The notes under the pieces were generated by a model, which had not been told where the DNA came from, did not search any database, and saw only the letters and a program-made list of their open reading frames with translations. Below are positions 50,776 through 64,000 of a DNA stretch of 64,000 nt, piece by piece. A program made the position numbers and the translations under genes. Location: positions 868,001 through 932,000 of the forward strand of contig NC_089433.1 of assembly GCF_026210795.1 (NCBI RefSeq), given 5' to 3'. Numbering within the stretch: position 1 is the stretch's first letter; each line of letters starts with the position of its first letter. This stretch comes from Rhizophagus irregularis (lineage: Eukaryota).

Positions 50776-51576
50776 TTTTATGAAAATGAAAAAAAATAAT
50801 ACTTAAAAAATTTTAATATAAAAAAAAGCCATATTTATGATATAGTCACAATGTATCAGACAACGCAATCACAGTATTGTAGATGTATTGCAATTTCGTA
50901 TTAACTTACAGTACAATGCATTGTTACGTTACTAAAATAACAGCGTGATACTATAGTGAAAGCGATGTCATAAAATCACAGGTTTCAGCAATGTTTATTT
51001 TTTTCGCAGCTCAATAAAAGGACTCTTTATGTACTGATATATTACATGAATGAAACCTTTCACTATAAGCAATACAACATATTAGTTTTAACTAGAATTA
51101 TACTTTCGAGTTTAGATGATCACTTACAATAATATATAATTATCATTAACCTTGTGTTTATCTTAATAATAATATAGGATTCCCTATAATAAATTTATTC
51201 CGTGTTTTTTATTCTGTTATTTCCGTAAATGTATTATATTCACGGAATTTATAGCCTCAAAATGTATAGATTTTTAGTTATTTTTCCGTAATATAGAAAT
51301 TACGGATAAATCTTTTACAGAAATGATATCTTCTAACAAAAAATGTTAATTTTTCGTTACTTATCTAATAAATATTGTGTATTTGCATCAAAAAGATTTT
51401 TTTTCTTATTACAGCATAGAAAATTTACAGTGTACACTATTAGAAAATTAGTTATGGTTTAGACAACTTTTAAGGCAACCTCAAACTTGCCAAAATTATT
51501 AGAATTTAGAACATTTTAAATAATGAATTTAAAGATGTGATTTTATTTTTAGAATACACAAACGATAAAATACAGA

Positions 51577-51749
51577 TAGGTATGGCACGTAATTTAAAAC
51601 AACATGTTCTAAAACAGTTTTCGTTTTATTATATATAAATTGATTTTTTAACCAAAATTTAAGATTTAAAATTTATAATATCGAAGTGTTTTAAAACATT
51701 TTTTAACACATGTTTTAAAACGCCGAAATCGTTTTAAAACATGTCCCTA
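51577..51749. mobile_element. Degenerate hAT-type MITE
   Basis: TAGG...CCTA ends with 8-bp direct flank AATACAGA; internal TAAAAC/GTTTTA repeats. Confidence 0.55.
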
Positions 51750-51974
51750 AATACAGAATATAAGACAAAATATGTAATAGTGATTCGAATATTAAGTAAT
51801 TTGATAATATAATAACACAAGTAAACTAACGAAATATATATATATAAAGTACAATGTATTATTACAAATAAATAGATAAACTATAGACAAATGATTATTT
51901 AACAATATACATAAATGTTTAATTTCCAATCAGATCTGACGATAAAATTCGTAAATGTAAAAAATTTTATTTTA

Positions 51975-52076
51975 TTACATAATTGTACAGCCACCAGATT
52001 CACCCGGTTTTTCAGTGGCTTCAGCAGTTGCGATAGATGGAATGGATAGTTTAATGGTAACTTCAGTCTGATTCAT
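51975..52076 (-). CDS. 33-aa CAAX peptide, candidate prenylated lipopeptide pheromone precursor
   Basis: MNQTEVTIKLSIPSIATAEATEKPGESGGCTIM*. Ends in CTIM-stop, has a CAAAATG start context, and is GC-richer than its flanks. Confidence 0.65.
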   Translation of the reverse strand: MNQTEVTIKLSIPSIATAEATEKPGESGGCTIM

Positions 52077-53419
52077 TTTGTTAGGAAATTTAAAGAATTT
52101 AATTGATTTTAAGAGTTTGAATTATGCGAAAAAAACTATCAAAGTATTTTTTCTTTTTCTTTTTTTTTTTTGATTGAATTTTAATTTTTTGTCTTCTTAA
52201 GAAAATTTTTTGCTAATTTATACTTTTTCATACTTTTGGATTGAAAAATATTTAATATTGTGTGCATTTACGCATGTCTCCGTGTTTGAAAAAACAATTA
52301 GTAATTGATCTACAATACGTAAAATTTTTAGTTACACTTTTTAGGAGCTGAAACATCACAACATACAAAAGAATTTTCATACAGACAATATTTTCACCAT
52401 ATTTGTGTGTTAACAATATTTTTTTAAAATTCAGTATGAGTATTGTCCTAAAATACTATATCGTTATATATATATATATTTTTTTTTTATATATTGTTGT
52501 ATTATCTTTATCTATTATTTGAAATCATTGCAATCATGTGGTGTCACGTTAAGACTCCTTTGAATTGTGTAATTGTGTAGCTTTTCTCCCATAAGTTATG
52601 TTACACAAACAAAAAATGAATAGTATTCCTAAGGAAAATTTTTGGTTACATTAATTTCCAAAAAGGAAATATCGTTTCACGTCGCTTTGGGACGTTCCGC
52701 CTTTTTTTATTTTGTAGGTACCTATCTGGACAATAAATCGTAAATGGATCAGATCCAACGGTAAATGTTGATCTGTAGAATTTATATAAAATAGTCACCT
52801 TTTCTTAGGTGACAATGTCAATAAATGATCGGCAAATTCGTGATTATATAGAGATGTCGAATTGAAAAAGATGTGTTACCAAAGCCCGTGATTAGTCACG
52901 TTGCCACCTTAGATATTGACAAAATAATACTTTATTAATAATATAAATAAATACAATAATATGCTTGGTTTAATATTCGTGCGGGCTTAGGTATTACATT
53001 AGTTTAAAATATATATATTAAAATGTCGGTGATTTGAATGGCCTTTATGTTAACTCAGGCCAATTTATAGTGTTGGCCTGAATTATATATATCAATGTAA
53101 CATAAACATCTTACTACAGTATGGTTAATTATGAAATGGGACACGGAAAATTTATCATTTTGTCGGTGCAAAAATGATATCAGTATCGTTTTTTTAAATA
53201 AATATGAAAGATATAATGTTTTTTGAAGTTTATCTCCATTTTAAGGAGTTTGTCATTTCAGAGGTCTTCAAAAGCAAAAAATTCACTTCAATAATATTAA
53301 GATGTTAATCTAAAAAAAAAAGTTTTAAATGTCAATAAAAAAAGTAAAGGGCGTTAATGATGGTAAGTACAGTCAGACCTCTATGTACCGATATTTTATG
53401 TACAATTGCCGCTCTTTTT

Positions 53420-53780
53420 TTTCTTTAGAAATGCCGACACAACCAAATTTTAAGGTAAATAGGCGTGAGATTGATTTTTTAACATTTATTTGAAGAAATG
53501 GGTATAATATCACTTTTACTCCATCTTTTTCTTTAGAAATGCTTTTAAGGTAAAATAGAAATAGGCGAGACATGAAATTACAGTATGTAGAAGTAATATT
53601 AATATCATTTTTACTTTTTTTTTTCTTTAGAAATGCTGAATTTTAAGGTAAATAGAAATGGGTGAGACGCGAAATTATGTTTTTTAACATTTATTGTGCT
53701 AACAGCATTTCTACATTTTTTTCTTTCTTTAGAAATACTAGACTAATTAAATTCTGAGGTGAATATAGATAGTAGTGGGA
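53420..53780 (+). repeat. Four tandem mini-exon/intron-like units
   Basis: TTCTTTAG-AAATRC...AG-GTRAA repeated four times at ~95-110-bp spacing. Confidence 0.55.
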
Positions 53781-54045
53781 CGCGAGATTTGCTTTACTAT
53801 TTTTTGCATTCCAACATACTTGTCAATAATAGTAGTGAGATACATGTGAAATGGGTGTGCATAAGTAGTTATTAGAATATTGAGTTTATTATATAATGTG
53901 CAAATATTACAATAACGTTATAGTATATATTGACATACATTTTACAAATAAAGCATCAATATTATTGTAATTATGTGATAATACATGTTATAATAGTGTT
54001 ATAAAGCAAATTCTGACATGGTGTTTTAATATATATTGAATCATA

Positions 54046-56725
54046 CATCAGGAAATTTTTCCAGATGATATATAGCGATATATATCACTTTATCGATATT
54101 TATCGCTGTAAAATACTGATAATTAACGAAATATGATAATTAATAATAATTATCTGCTGATAAATTGCGTTATCAGCAGATATTGATAATTATAGAAAAC
54201 AACTATCAAGTAAATTACCGATAATTTGTGATATTGATGATTATCGATAGTTATTGTCAAGTTATTTCATGATATTGATAATTATCAAATATCATCATAA
54301 TTATCAAAAATTAGCACACAGTTAGTTGACGACGCTGGGGTTTGGATCACGTGACAGATTTAATCAGATTGGCCACATGATCGCGTCATGTTTATTTGTT
54401 CGTTCCCCATTACTTCTTTTCGTCTCCCATCACCCCATCACTCCTCTTCATCTTCCCATCATTTCTTTTCGTCTCCCATCACTCCTTTTCGTCTCCTGTT
54501 ATTCCTCTTCGTCTACCATCACTCCTTTTTACTTTCCATCACTCCTCTTCTTCTCCCATCACCTTCCATCACTCCTCTTCGTCTCCCATCACTTTTCTTC
54601 ATCTTCCCATCATTTCTTTTTGTCTCCCATCGCTACTTTTCGTCTTCCATCACTCCTCTTCGTCTCCTATCACTCCTTTTCATCTCTCTATTTCTCCTTT
54701 TTGTTTCCTATCACTTCTCATTACTCTTTTTTACTCCCTTTCATCTTTTATTACTTTCCATTACTCCATTGTTATTTCATTTTTTTATTAGCATCTTTCT
54801 CCTTGATCATTGTAATTTACTTATCTTTTTTATTTATTGATATTATTTTTTTTTATTTGTACCACTTCATTAAAAATAAATACGGGATTTTTTTCTTTAA
54901 AATCGTAAAAGTGTAACTTAAATTTTAATATTTGCAAATAAAATTTCATTAAATAAGATTATTTTGAATAAATAAATATGTTCGCAAAAAAATTTTTTTA
55001 AAAAATATCTTTGCAATAAAATTTTAAGTTTCACCGATCAAAAAATTAATTTACTCAATAACTGAATCCCCTCTATTCTTATAAAATTATGTATTACGCG
55101 TATTATGTATCACGTAATACTAATCTACTTTTTAAACTATTTTTAAACTTTTTTTAACAAAATATTCCTCCCTCTCTTCCATTTTTCCCTTTCCCCTTTT
55201 TTCGTTCTTCCCTTTTTCCTCCTCTCCTCCGTTTTTACCTTTTCCCATTTCTTTCGTTCTTCTTCTCTCTCGTTCCCCTCTCTCTCTTTCTTTCATTTCC
55301 TCCTCTCTTTCATCCTTCCCTTCACCTAAATTAACAGCTTTTCACCAAGTAAAAAATTTACGAATTTTTTTAGGAACATTTTCATTTCGGTGGATCTCTT
55401 GTGAATTTTTGGGTTTTAATTTTTTTTTGGCCTTACTAACCTTTCTTTTTTTTAGGGTTTATCACATTTCGACCTTTGGACGCGTGGAAAATTCTAGACA
55501 GCCAGGTCTTTTAACGCTTTGAAATTCGGTGGTTAGTCCTTAATTTTTTTTTATTTTTACAGTAACGAAACGTTTATTAACGTTTCATATTTTTTCTTTT
55601 TTTTAGATATTGGCTTTTCTTCCTTTTGGGCTTTGGAGTTTGGATAGGTAAGTTTCGAAGTGAAAACTTTCGAAACTTTAGTAATATTTTTTTGAAAAAA
55701 AAACTAATTTTTTTTAGATATCGGCTTTAATCTTCCTTTTGGGCTTTGGATAGATAAGTTTCGAAAGTTTCTTTCTTTCTTTCGAACTTAGATTTTTTTT
55801 TAATAAAATAATCTAATTATTTTTTCCTTTTTTTTAGGTATCGGTTTTGGTTTTGCGCTTCAGATCAGTAAGTTTTGAAAGTTTCGTTTCAAAACTTATT
55901 ACTTTTTTTTTAAAAAAAATAAAAAATTTTTAATTAATTTCTTTTTTTTTAGGCATATATTAGCTTCAATCTTTCTTTCAGATCGGTAAGTTTCAAAAGT
56001 TTCTTTTCATTTTGAAACTTTTTTTTGGCTTTTTTTTAAAGTAAAATTTTCTAATTTTTTTTTTTTTAGGTATGTATCAGCTTCGACTTTAAATTTTGGA
56101 TTGATAAGTTTTGAGGGTTTCATTTCGAAACTTGTTTTTTTTAAAATAAAATTTTTAATTTTTTTTTCCTTTTTTTTTTTAGGTTAACCACTTTGAATCA
56201 GTAAGTTTCGAAGGCTTTGTTTTGAAACTTATTTTTATTTTAAATAAAAATTTTAATTTTTTAGGTCTTTCTCTTTTTTCTAGACGGCTGGGCCTTTAGA
56301 CATGAGAAATTTGGTGTATAAGTTTTGGATTCTGCCATTTTGGTTTCGCAACATCCTGTTGTGAACCAGACTTTTTATTTTATTTTATTTAATTAGAAAT
56401 ATATTTAATGTTGTATTTATTATATTTTTATTTCGTTTTATTTGTATATTATAATAAATTAAATAAAATTAAATTTTGATGTGTAAAGTTTGATATTTAT
56501 TGTTTAAGTTAAATATCGATTGTTGTTAAATATCGATTGTTTATTATTTGTTAAATATCGATATTTATCATTTAGGTTTAAATTTGATGATTTTATCATT
56601 TTTATCCATATCGATACTCGACGAGTGCGATTATTATCGATATATATCACATTTTATAAATAATGGGATATATATCGATAAAGTGATATATATCGCTATA
56701 TATCACCTGTAAAAATTTCCTGATG
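54046..56725. mobile_element. 2.7-kb non-autonomous TIR element with an internal pyrimidine-rich repeat and a spliced-exon array
   Basis: ~54-bp TIR CATCAGGAAATTTTT.CAG.TGATATATAGCGATATATATCACTTTATCGATAT with 2 mismatches; 3-bp ATA on both flanks. Confidence 0.85.
54400..54780. repeat. ~21-bp pyrimidine-rich minisatellite (CCATCACTCCTCTTCGTCT)
   Basis: Direct reading; it explains the three overlapping low-complexity ORFs. Confidence 0.85.
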
Positions 56726-56889
56726 ATATAAGCTAATGAATCAAAAAAGAAATTATTGAATTATAAACTAAATTACAGTTCATCTCCAAAAAAGAAGATT
56801 TTATAATTATTATTATCAATAAACTCGATACTCTAATGAGCAGTTTTTACTACAAGCTTATAGTTCAAAATGAAATTAAAGGTTGAAAT

Positions 56890-59090
56890 ATAGAGAAATT
56901 TATTCTTAGAACAATTATCGAGCCATATACGAATAGAATAATGCATGAAATGGTCTCATTTTCTGGCAATGAATAATTCGTGTGAAGGAGCCGAACCATA
57001 TGGTATAAAATTTTATCTGAAATGACGATAAATATAGAACAATTAATGGAAGTTATATAATAGCAAGGAAATTTAATGGAAAAGATATAGTTTTGAGAAA
57101 AGACTTGCCAACTAGTACGAGAAAAGAAAGCAACAAAGAAATAATAATGTGGAAAAAAGGAAAAGACTACATATATAGCGTTAAGAGTAAAAAATCAAGA
57201 AGTAAGAATTACGATGAAGTTGGTAAGCATTTGATATTACATGAAGATTTAGAAACAGAAAATACGAAATACAATTCACCGTTCTTAATGGATTGTAAGG
57301 GTGTAAATACGATATTAGTAGAAAACGTAATATAGGGAAGTGTTTAGTATATATAGAAAAAGAAATAGCGACGATGATAAAAGGAAGAAAAATTAAAAAA
57401 TAATGAAATCGAGAACGTCATGAAACCGTATATGACGACAGAAAATATAGAAATACAAAATGAAACAGCTATTGAAGCTAATATAGGAGAGGTGAGCGAG
57501 CTTGAGGCTAAAAAAAATGATGATAGATAATAATAAAATAGATAACGTAGAGAATAGTATGATGTGGTTAGAATTTATATTGGAGGATAACGAATTAAAG
57601 GAAACGTTAAGAAATTTTGTTGATGAATGGCTTTATACAGTAGATAAAGAAATAATAGTTAATATAGGAGCAGTGATACAAAAGGGAGATGAGCTATGCT
57701 TAGATGGTTTTTTGGGGATGGAATTAATACCGAAAAGTAGCGATATTTATAAATTTAATTTCGATGGAATATTGAGGTTCGTAAAGGACGAGCGAAACGT
57801 ATATATAATAGCGTTAATTATTGCAATAATTATATTGCCTTGCGATATAAAAACAAAAATAAGGACAGACTTGGAAATAATTGATTGTTTATATAAATAT
57901 AGTAAAATAGGAAGTGTTCGAAGAGAGTTAGACGATAAATTATATATATGCTTAAATTTTATCAATACGGTATTAGTGTTAAAAAACATACATATGTTAG
58001 TAAAGACGATAAGATGGTAACGCAAAAAGCAATACAAGATGTCAAGGTGCCAGCAATAAAAAAAGAATTAATTAGTTGTGAACAAACGATTAAGGAAATA
58101 GAATTCAAGATGAATAATTTGTTGGTAGACGAATATAGTTTGAGGTGGAATTATATTCCAATAGAACATGCATATAAATTTTGGTTTAAAGAGTTGATCT
58201 ACAATAGTACGAAATAGACTTGCTGTCTCTTAGATTCTGTCATTCAAATGGAGGTAATATTACGATAGACTGGAGCGCTTCTTTTAGATTAATCAATAAT
58301 GAAAATAACAACATCGAAGAAGTTACAAATAAAGAAGATGCTATTACAAGGTGTTTTTAGAGTTAAGAATTACCTAAAGATTTTACCAACATATGAGGTG
58401 TTGTGGAACCGTAAAGTTTGGGGAATTAGCAGTAACAAATGCCCGCGGTGCTCAATTGAAACAAAAACGTGGGAACATATTTGGATATGTGGTAAAAATG
58501 ATGTTAATAACACAGAATATGAAATATTCAAATAACAGCGTTGAAGAAGTGTTAAATAAGTCAATTGTCTAAATAACGAAGCAATCGATCGATTTAAAGA
58601 TAGTCTGTTTGAAAACAGGGGTATTAAGATTTATGATAATGCAAACTGAAAATTTGATTAGGGAGATAACAAGAGGTTTATTCAACATAAAGTGGTGGCA
58701 AGCGTGCAAGTTAAAAGATCAAAGGAAAATATTAAATGAAATTTTTGATGTATACATGCAAAAAATACAGCGTTTGATTTGGAACAACAGATGTAGTGAT
58801 ACGATTGATTTGGAACAACAATTGGGGATTATAAAAGAACTTAAAAGGAAAAATAAAAAGAGATGATACTAGTGATGAGGTGATACGAAAATATAATGAT
58901 AGAAAATAGTAAGGATGACGTAGGTTATAATAATAAAAAATCATGGGGAAAATACGTGACATAGAATGCAATACAATAGCTCTATATAGATGGTTTTTAT
59001 ACTTCGTTTTATTATACGAAGATTTTGATATGGAGAAATTTGGAGTTAACGTTTACGTTATCGCCAATTTCAATGTATTTTTTGTATTTA
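56890..59090 (+). mobile_element. Degraded LINE 3' region, same family as 60,686-62,880
   Basis: ORF fragments homologous to the downstream copy (LCLDGF.G.EL, IGS.RRELDD, KCPRCSIETKTWEHIWIC), with many frameshifts. Confidence 0.8.
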
Positions 59091-59091
59091 A

Positions 59092-60644
59092 CTAGATGTA
59101 GCCCGTCGCGCTGCGCCAGGGATGAGAGTAATAATAAACACATTTTACTATTATTATGATGGTATTAGTAGGAATAAATATAATAAATTACACAATTTAT
59201 ATGATTATTTAAATAACAATGAATTGTGTGCAAGTGTTATTATTAAATGCAAATTTTATTTAATATGAAACAAATGTTGCAGTACTATGAAATTATGATC
59301 TATTTGTACATTTACAAAAATAATTTTGTATAAGTAGTTTATTGTTACATTGTTACAAAAAATCTTTTTTTTTTATCTTAAAAAATTTCATTGTAGCATT
59401 AAAAAAATTACATCTTCTGCTGAAAAAAAAAATACATAAAATATTGTTAATATCTCAAGAAATTCATTATAGCAATCTATTGTTATAGAAAAAAAATTAT
59501 CTCACTAATTAATATGAAAAAAAATTCTGAAAAACTTCTATTGTCATGAAAATAAAGAATTCCTCAGAAATATTAATTATAACGATCGATTGTTACAAAA
59601 AATAAGTACGGTAATTATGGTAGTCTATTATTGAGCTTGATACAGCCTAAAAAATATTGTTATTATTAATAATAAGAATCGGGAATTGTAAAAAAGTTTT
59701 TGTTATAAAATTATTAATTATAAAAAAAGGTAATAACCATGACGCCGCAGCATTGATCCAAACCTAAATGGTGAAAGAATGTATTTAGGAAAAAAAAATT
59801 CAGTTTGAAAAGTCAAACCGAAAAAGGAAAAGGGAACAAAATTTCAGATTGGAGAAAAAGCCAACCGGAAAAAAAACAGAAAAAAAAATAATAATAAAAA
59901 TTTTGAAAAATAAAAATGAAAAAAAAAATTGTGGGAAAAGAAAAAGGATAAAGAAAAAAATCGGTTTAAAAAAGGGAAATTTTCAAAAAAAAAAGGAATC
60001 CGAAAAAAAATAAGTACCGAAAAAAAGAAATAATATAAAAAAAAAATCGGTCTTAAAAGACTGAAACAATAAGATTATTTAATAAAAAAAAAAGAATAAT
60101 AGTTTTTCGGTTTGGGGAAAAAAGTCCAAATCTAAACGGGGAAAAGAATAGAAAAAATTTCAGTTTGAAAAATAAAATGAAAAATTTTTAAAAAAAGAAA
60201 AGAAAAAAGAAAAGAAAGAGATGTTTCGAGAGATAAAATTGGAAATATGAAAAAAAAGAAAGAACCGAAAGTAAAAGATCAGTTCAAGAAAAAAAACAAA
60301 AGGGGAGCCGAAAAAATTTAGATTGAGGAAAAAAAAAATTCTGTTTTAAAAATTTCATTAACCGGAATTGGATTAGATGTAAAACATGACTTGCCGATCA
60401 AGCAGGCCTTCTAAACGAATTTATCGTAGAGTAAAAAACAGACAATAGCCTTTTCCTATTCGGTAATCTGTCGTACTCTCTGAAATATAGTGGTACAATT
60501 TTTTTTTATATTTTTTAAAATAAAGTGCCCCATAGACTCCCAGTTAAACGATCATCAAAACACTTGCAAAGTATACTCTTTTTTGGTTGTGATCTACGCG
60601 AAAAGTTTACCTGCGAATTTAATATCTTAGATTTAGATTATAGA
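59092..60644 (-). mobile_element. Probable non-autonomous Helitron
   Basis: Minus strand starts A|TCTATAATCTAAATCTAAGATATTAAA and ends with an imperfect GC hairpin CCCTGGCGCAGCGCGACGGG followed by CTACATCTAG|T. No TSD. Confidence 0.6.
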
Positions 60645-60685
60645 TTTAGGAATAAGAATAATGAATCCTAAATCTAAGAGTATGA

Positions 60686-62880
60686 AACTGATAGAAAAGA
60701 AAGTAACAAAGAAATAATTACTTGGAGAATGGATAACGAATCAGATAGTGTATATAGTATAAGATCAAAAAAATCACGCCATCACTATTATGATGAAATA
60801 GGTAAACATATGGTAAAGTATGATAAATTACAAAATCATAATGATTCGAATAATTCTCCATTTTTGATAAATTGTAAGGGATGTGAATACAACATCAGTA
60901 GGAAAAAAGAAAAAAATTTGGGATGTTTTATTTATATAGAAAAAGATATGGCATCAACGCTTAAAGGAAGATGGGAAAAAGATAGTGATGGTGTAAAATA
61001 CGTAAAGCCATATTACACTCTAGATAATATCGATAGACAAAATGATGAGGCGTATAAAAAGCGAATAATTTAGTTACAATTGGAGATATAGAAAAGATGG
61101 TAATAGATAAAGAAAGTAGCATTTTACGTATGGGTGCAAAGTTATGGTTAAATAGTATTATAGAGGACGAAGGAATTTATGATTTATTAAATAATTTTAT
61201 CGAGAACGATTTTATAAATTTTATAGATAAAGAAATTATATTGCAAGTTGGTGGTATTATTCAAAAAGGCTCAGATTTATGTTTAGATGGTTTTTTTGGA
61301 ATAGAGCTCTTTCCAAAAAATAGTAACATAGAAAAATTTAGCATTGAAGGGAAAATTGTTAAAATAAAAAATGAAAGGAAACTATATGCGTTAGGAATAA
61401 TAATAGCGCTTACAATAATTCCAGAAAATACAAAGGTAGATTTAAAAACAGATGAAAAGATTTTAAAATGGTCGATAGATTATAGTAGGATAGGAAGTAC
61501 ACGACGTGAATTAGATGATCCATGTTATATATTTCTAAATTGCATAAATACAATGTTAGATTTAAAAGGTATAAAATTTTTAATTAACGATAAGAATGGG
61601 GAAATTACAGAAATGATGAAAGAAGTGAAATTGCCAGCTTTAAAAAAAGAGTTAATTAGAAATAAACATTCGATTGAAGAGGTAGTCATTAAATACCATA
61701 ATATAATCATTGACAAATACACGTTAAGGTGGAACTACAATCCGATTGAAGGGGCTTTTAGGAACTCTTTTAAAGAAATAAGCAATAATATCAACCATAT
61801 AGATATTATTCTATTAGATTAAGTAAAAGATTGTTTTATCGAATGTAATGGAGCAAATGTGACAATTGATTGGAAAGAATCGTTTAGACTTATTAATAAT
61901 GAAATATCAACAGGAAGAAATGTCACAAATCGAATAGACGCGTCAATCAGGTCATTTAGAGTTAAAAATTTTTTAAAGATCTTACCTACATATAAAATTT
62001 TATACAGGAGGAAAACTTGGGGAATTAAAAATGACAAGTGTCCACGTTGTATTTTGGAAATAGAATATTGGGATCATATATGGTCTTGCGAGAAAAATGG
62101 TCCCAATAATAAGGAAAACGTCTTGTTTAGAGAAAGTGTAGAGGAATTTTCACGTGTGAAATGTTAGACGAAGACGGAGATGAAATCAATAGATTTAAAT
62201 TGGATTTATTTAATATCACTTCAAGTAAATCAAATATAATGGTTTTAGACAATGTATTTAGAGAAGTCACTCGAGGTATTATTAATGAAAAATGGTTGAA
62301 GATTTGCACTAAAGCATTGTTCAAAGCAATATTACGAGATATTTTTGATCTTTATATGGTAAAATTACAGAAATGTATATGGGAAGAACGATGTAATGAA
62401 ACGATAGAAATAGAAAAACAAATGGGTCTTTTTAAAGAACTTAAAAGAAAAAAGCGGATAGACACAAATGATAGTGCAGATGATGATGACGACATTTCGA
62501 ATAATAAAAATTATAATAATAAAAATGATAAGAAAAAAATTAAAAAAATTAAAAATATAATAAAAATAGATTTAGAAAATAGTGTAAAAGAAGACGTATT
62601 TTGTTTAGGTAGCTCTAACAGACATAGGATAGGTAATAATATTATTAGTAATTTAGTCAATACATAGTAGTTTTTAGATATAATAGATACTTTTAATTTC
62701 TTTGGTTATGTTTATCCTCGCCTTGGTTGGATACCCCTTGGCTTTGGTATGAAGAGATTCAATTTTGTACGAGATTGAATTTCAATGTATTAATGTTATA
62801 ATTATTATGTATTATGATGCGTTATTTTTACTAATAAAATAATTAAATGCGTTTACCAAAAAAAAAAAAAAAAAAAAAAA
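60686..62880 (+). mobile_element. 5'-truncated non-LTR retrotransposon (LINE)
   Basis: Poly(A) tail ending at 62,880 and TSD TCTAAGAGTATGA (60,673-60,685 and 62,881-62,893). CCHC finger KCPRCILEIEYWDHIWSC; in-frame stops. Confidence 0.9.
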
Positions 62881-64000
62881 TCTAAGAGTATGACGCCCAC
62901 CCTCCCTCCTTACGAATAGATGGACTATATATATATTTTTTTCTTCATTTTTTTTTCATTAAAAAAAAAAAAAGTAAAAAAAAAATTGTGTTACTCTACA
63001 TATTACGCAATATTTACTTTTTTTATGTATTACTCAATATTACTTTATTACACAATTTATTACACAATTTTATTACAGAAAAATATAAATTTATTATTCA
63101 AAAAAATTTTCATAAAAAATATAAAAAAAAAATTTTTTATGTTACTCAACATATTGTGCAATATTTACGCAAAAATAAAATTAAAAAATTTTACGTATTA
63201 CTCAAATTATATTGTATTACATTATATAACATTTATCAATTTATATAAAAAATAAAAAAAAACGTGTTTAATATTGCAATATAAAATTTATTTTTTCATA
63301 AATAAAAAACTTTACGTGTTAACTTAAAAATCAATATATTTCGCAAAAAATATATTTTTGCAGCATAAAATTTATTTTTTTCATAAAAATTTTACATTAC
63401 TCAATCAGTATATTTTGCAATATAAAATTTATTTCTTTATAAAAAAAAAATTCAAATCAAAAGAAAAAAAAACTGATCTTTATTTGTTTCCTATCTCTTT
63501 TTTTACTCATTTACTCAAAATAAATGAATCAAATAAATTCATGTAAAAAAACCGGTGTAAAAAAAAAAAATTTTTTTTTTTCGCAACTTTTATTTGGCTG
63601 TTCCAATTTCCATAAAGGTATAAATGAATAATTACAAAAAGGCGTATATGATCAGATGGTGTGGCTATAATACAAATATTACATTAATCAAAATATAAAT
63701 TATTTCCAAATATGTAAGTTGTTTATGTTTCTTCCCAAGATTGATGTTTCTAATATCTACGCTATAGTCATAAAATTTTAAGATAGAAACGTAGAAGAAG
63801 AAAAAAGGAAAAATTCGGATGATGTGGCTTAAATAATTACATATTACATAAATTAATCGTGCTTCTAAAAAAAAAATATTTCCAAAATAGGTTTTTTTCC
63901 AGCGATCAGACTCCTTTATTTTATTATCGAAAAAAAAATTAGATCTTTCATTATCAAATATCAAATAAAAATTTTTTTTAAAACAAAACGAAGAATGATT

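Noticed and set aside
54326..54916. Three overlapping ORFs of 131-196 aa
   Set aside because: Artefact of a stop-poor pyrimidine minisatellite inside a TIR element.

Overview
Very AT-rich, intron-rich eukaryotic DNA. The gene content (BTB-BACK-TLDc genes, a tyrosine-kinase-like kinase with HGDLHSGN, Sel1 and F-box relics, hAT/LINE/Helitron debris) points to an arbuscular mycorrhizal fungus (Glomeromycotina, Rhizophagus-like); this is an inference. The window holds a few intact-looking genes (small secreted protein, ricin-B/BTB/TLDc, BTB/TLDc, Cys-rich P-loop GTPase, kinase), several pseudogenes and many nested transposons with readable TIRs and TSDs. The standout is 31,248-35,427, which the ORF track does not show. 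A 16-nt ATG exon is followed by 36 consecutive 3-nt exons (YAG-NNN-GTRAG) separated by mutually homologous ~70-120-nt introns. Joined, they give a stop-free frame with AT-biased third codon positions, MAQIKALNDWFRASWIEQREHRRKIAQLERATRTYENYWGE..., i.e. one codon's worth of sequence per exon. A second hidden feature is a 33-aa CAAX-ending ORF (51,975-52,076, minus strand) with the layout of a fungal lipopeptide pheromone precursor. All coordinates were read by eye and may be off by a few bases; no searches were run.
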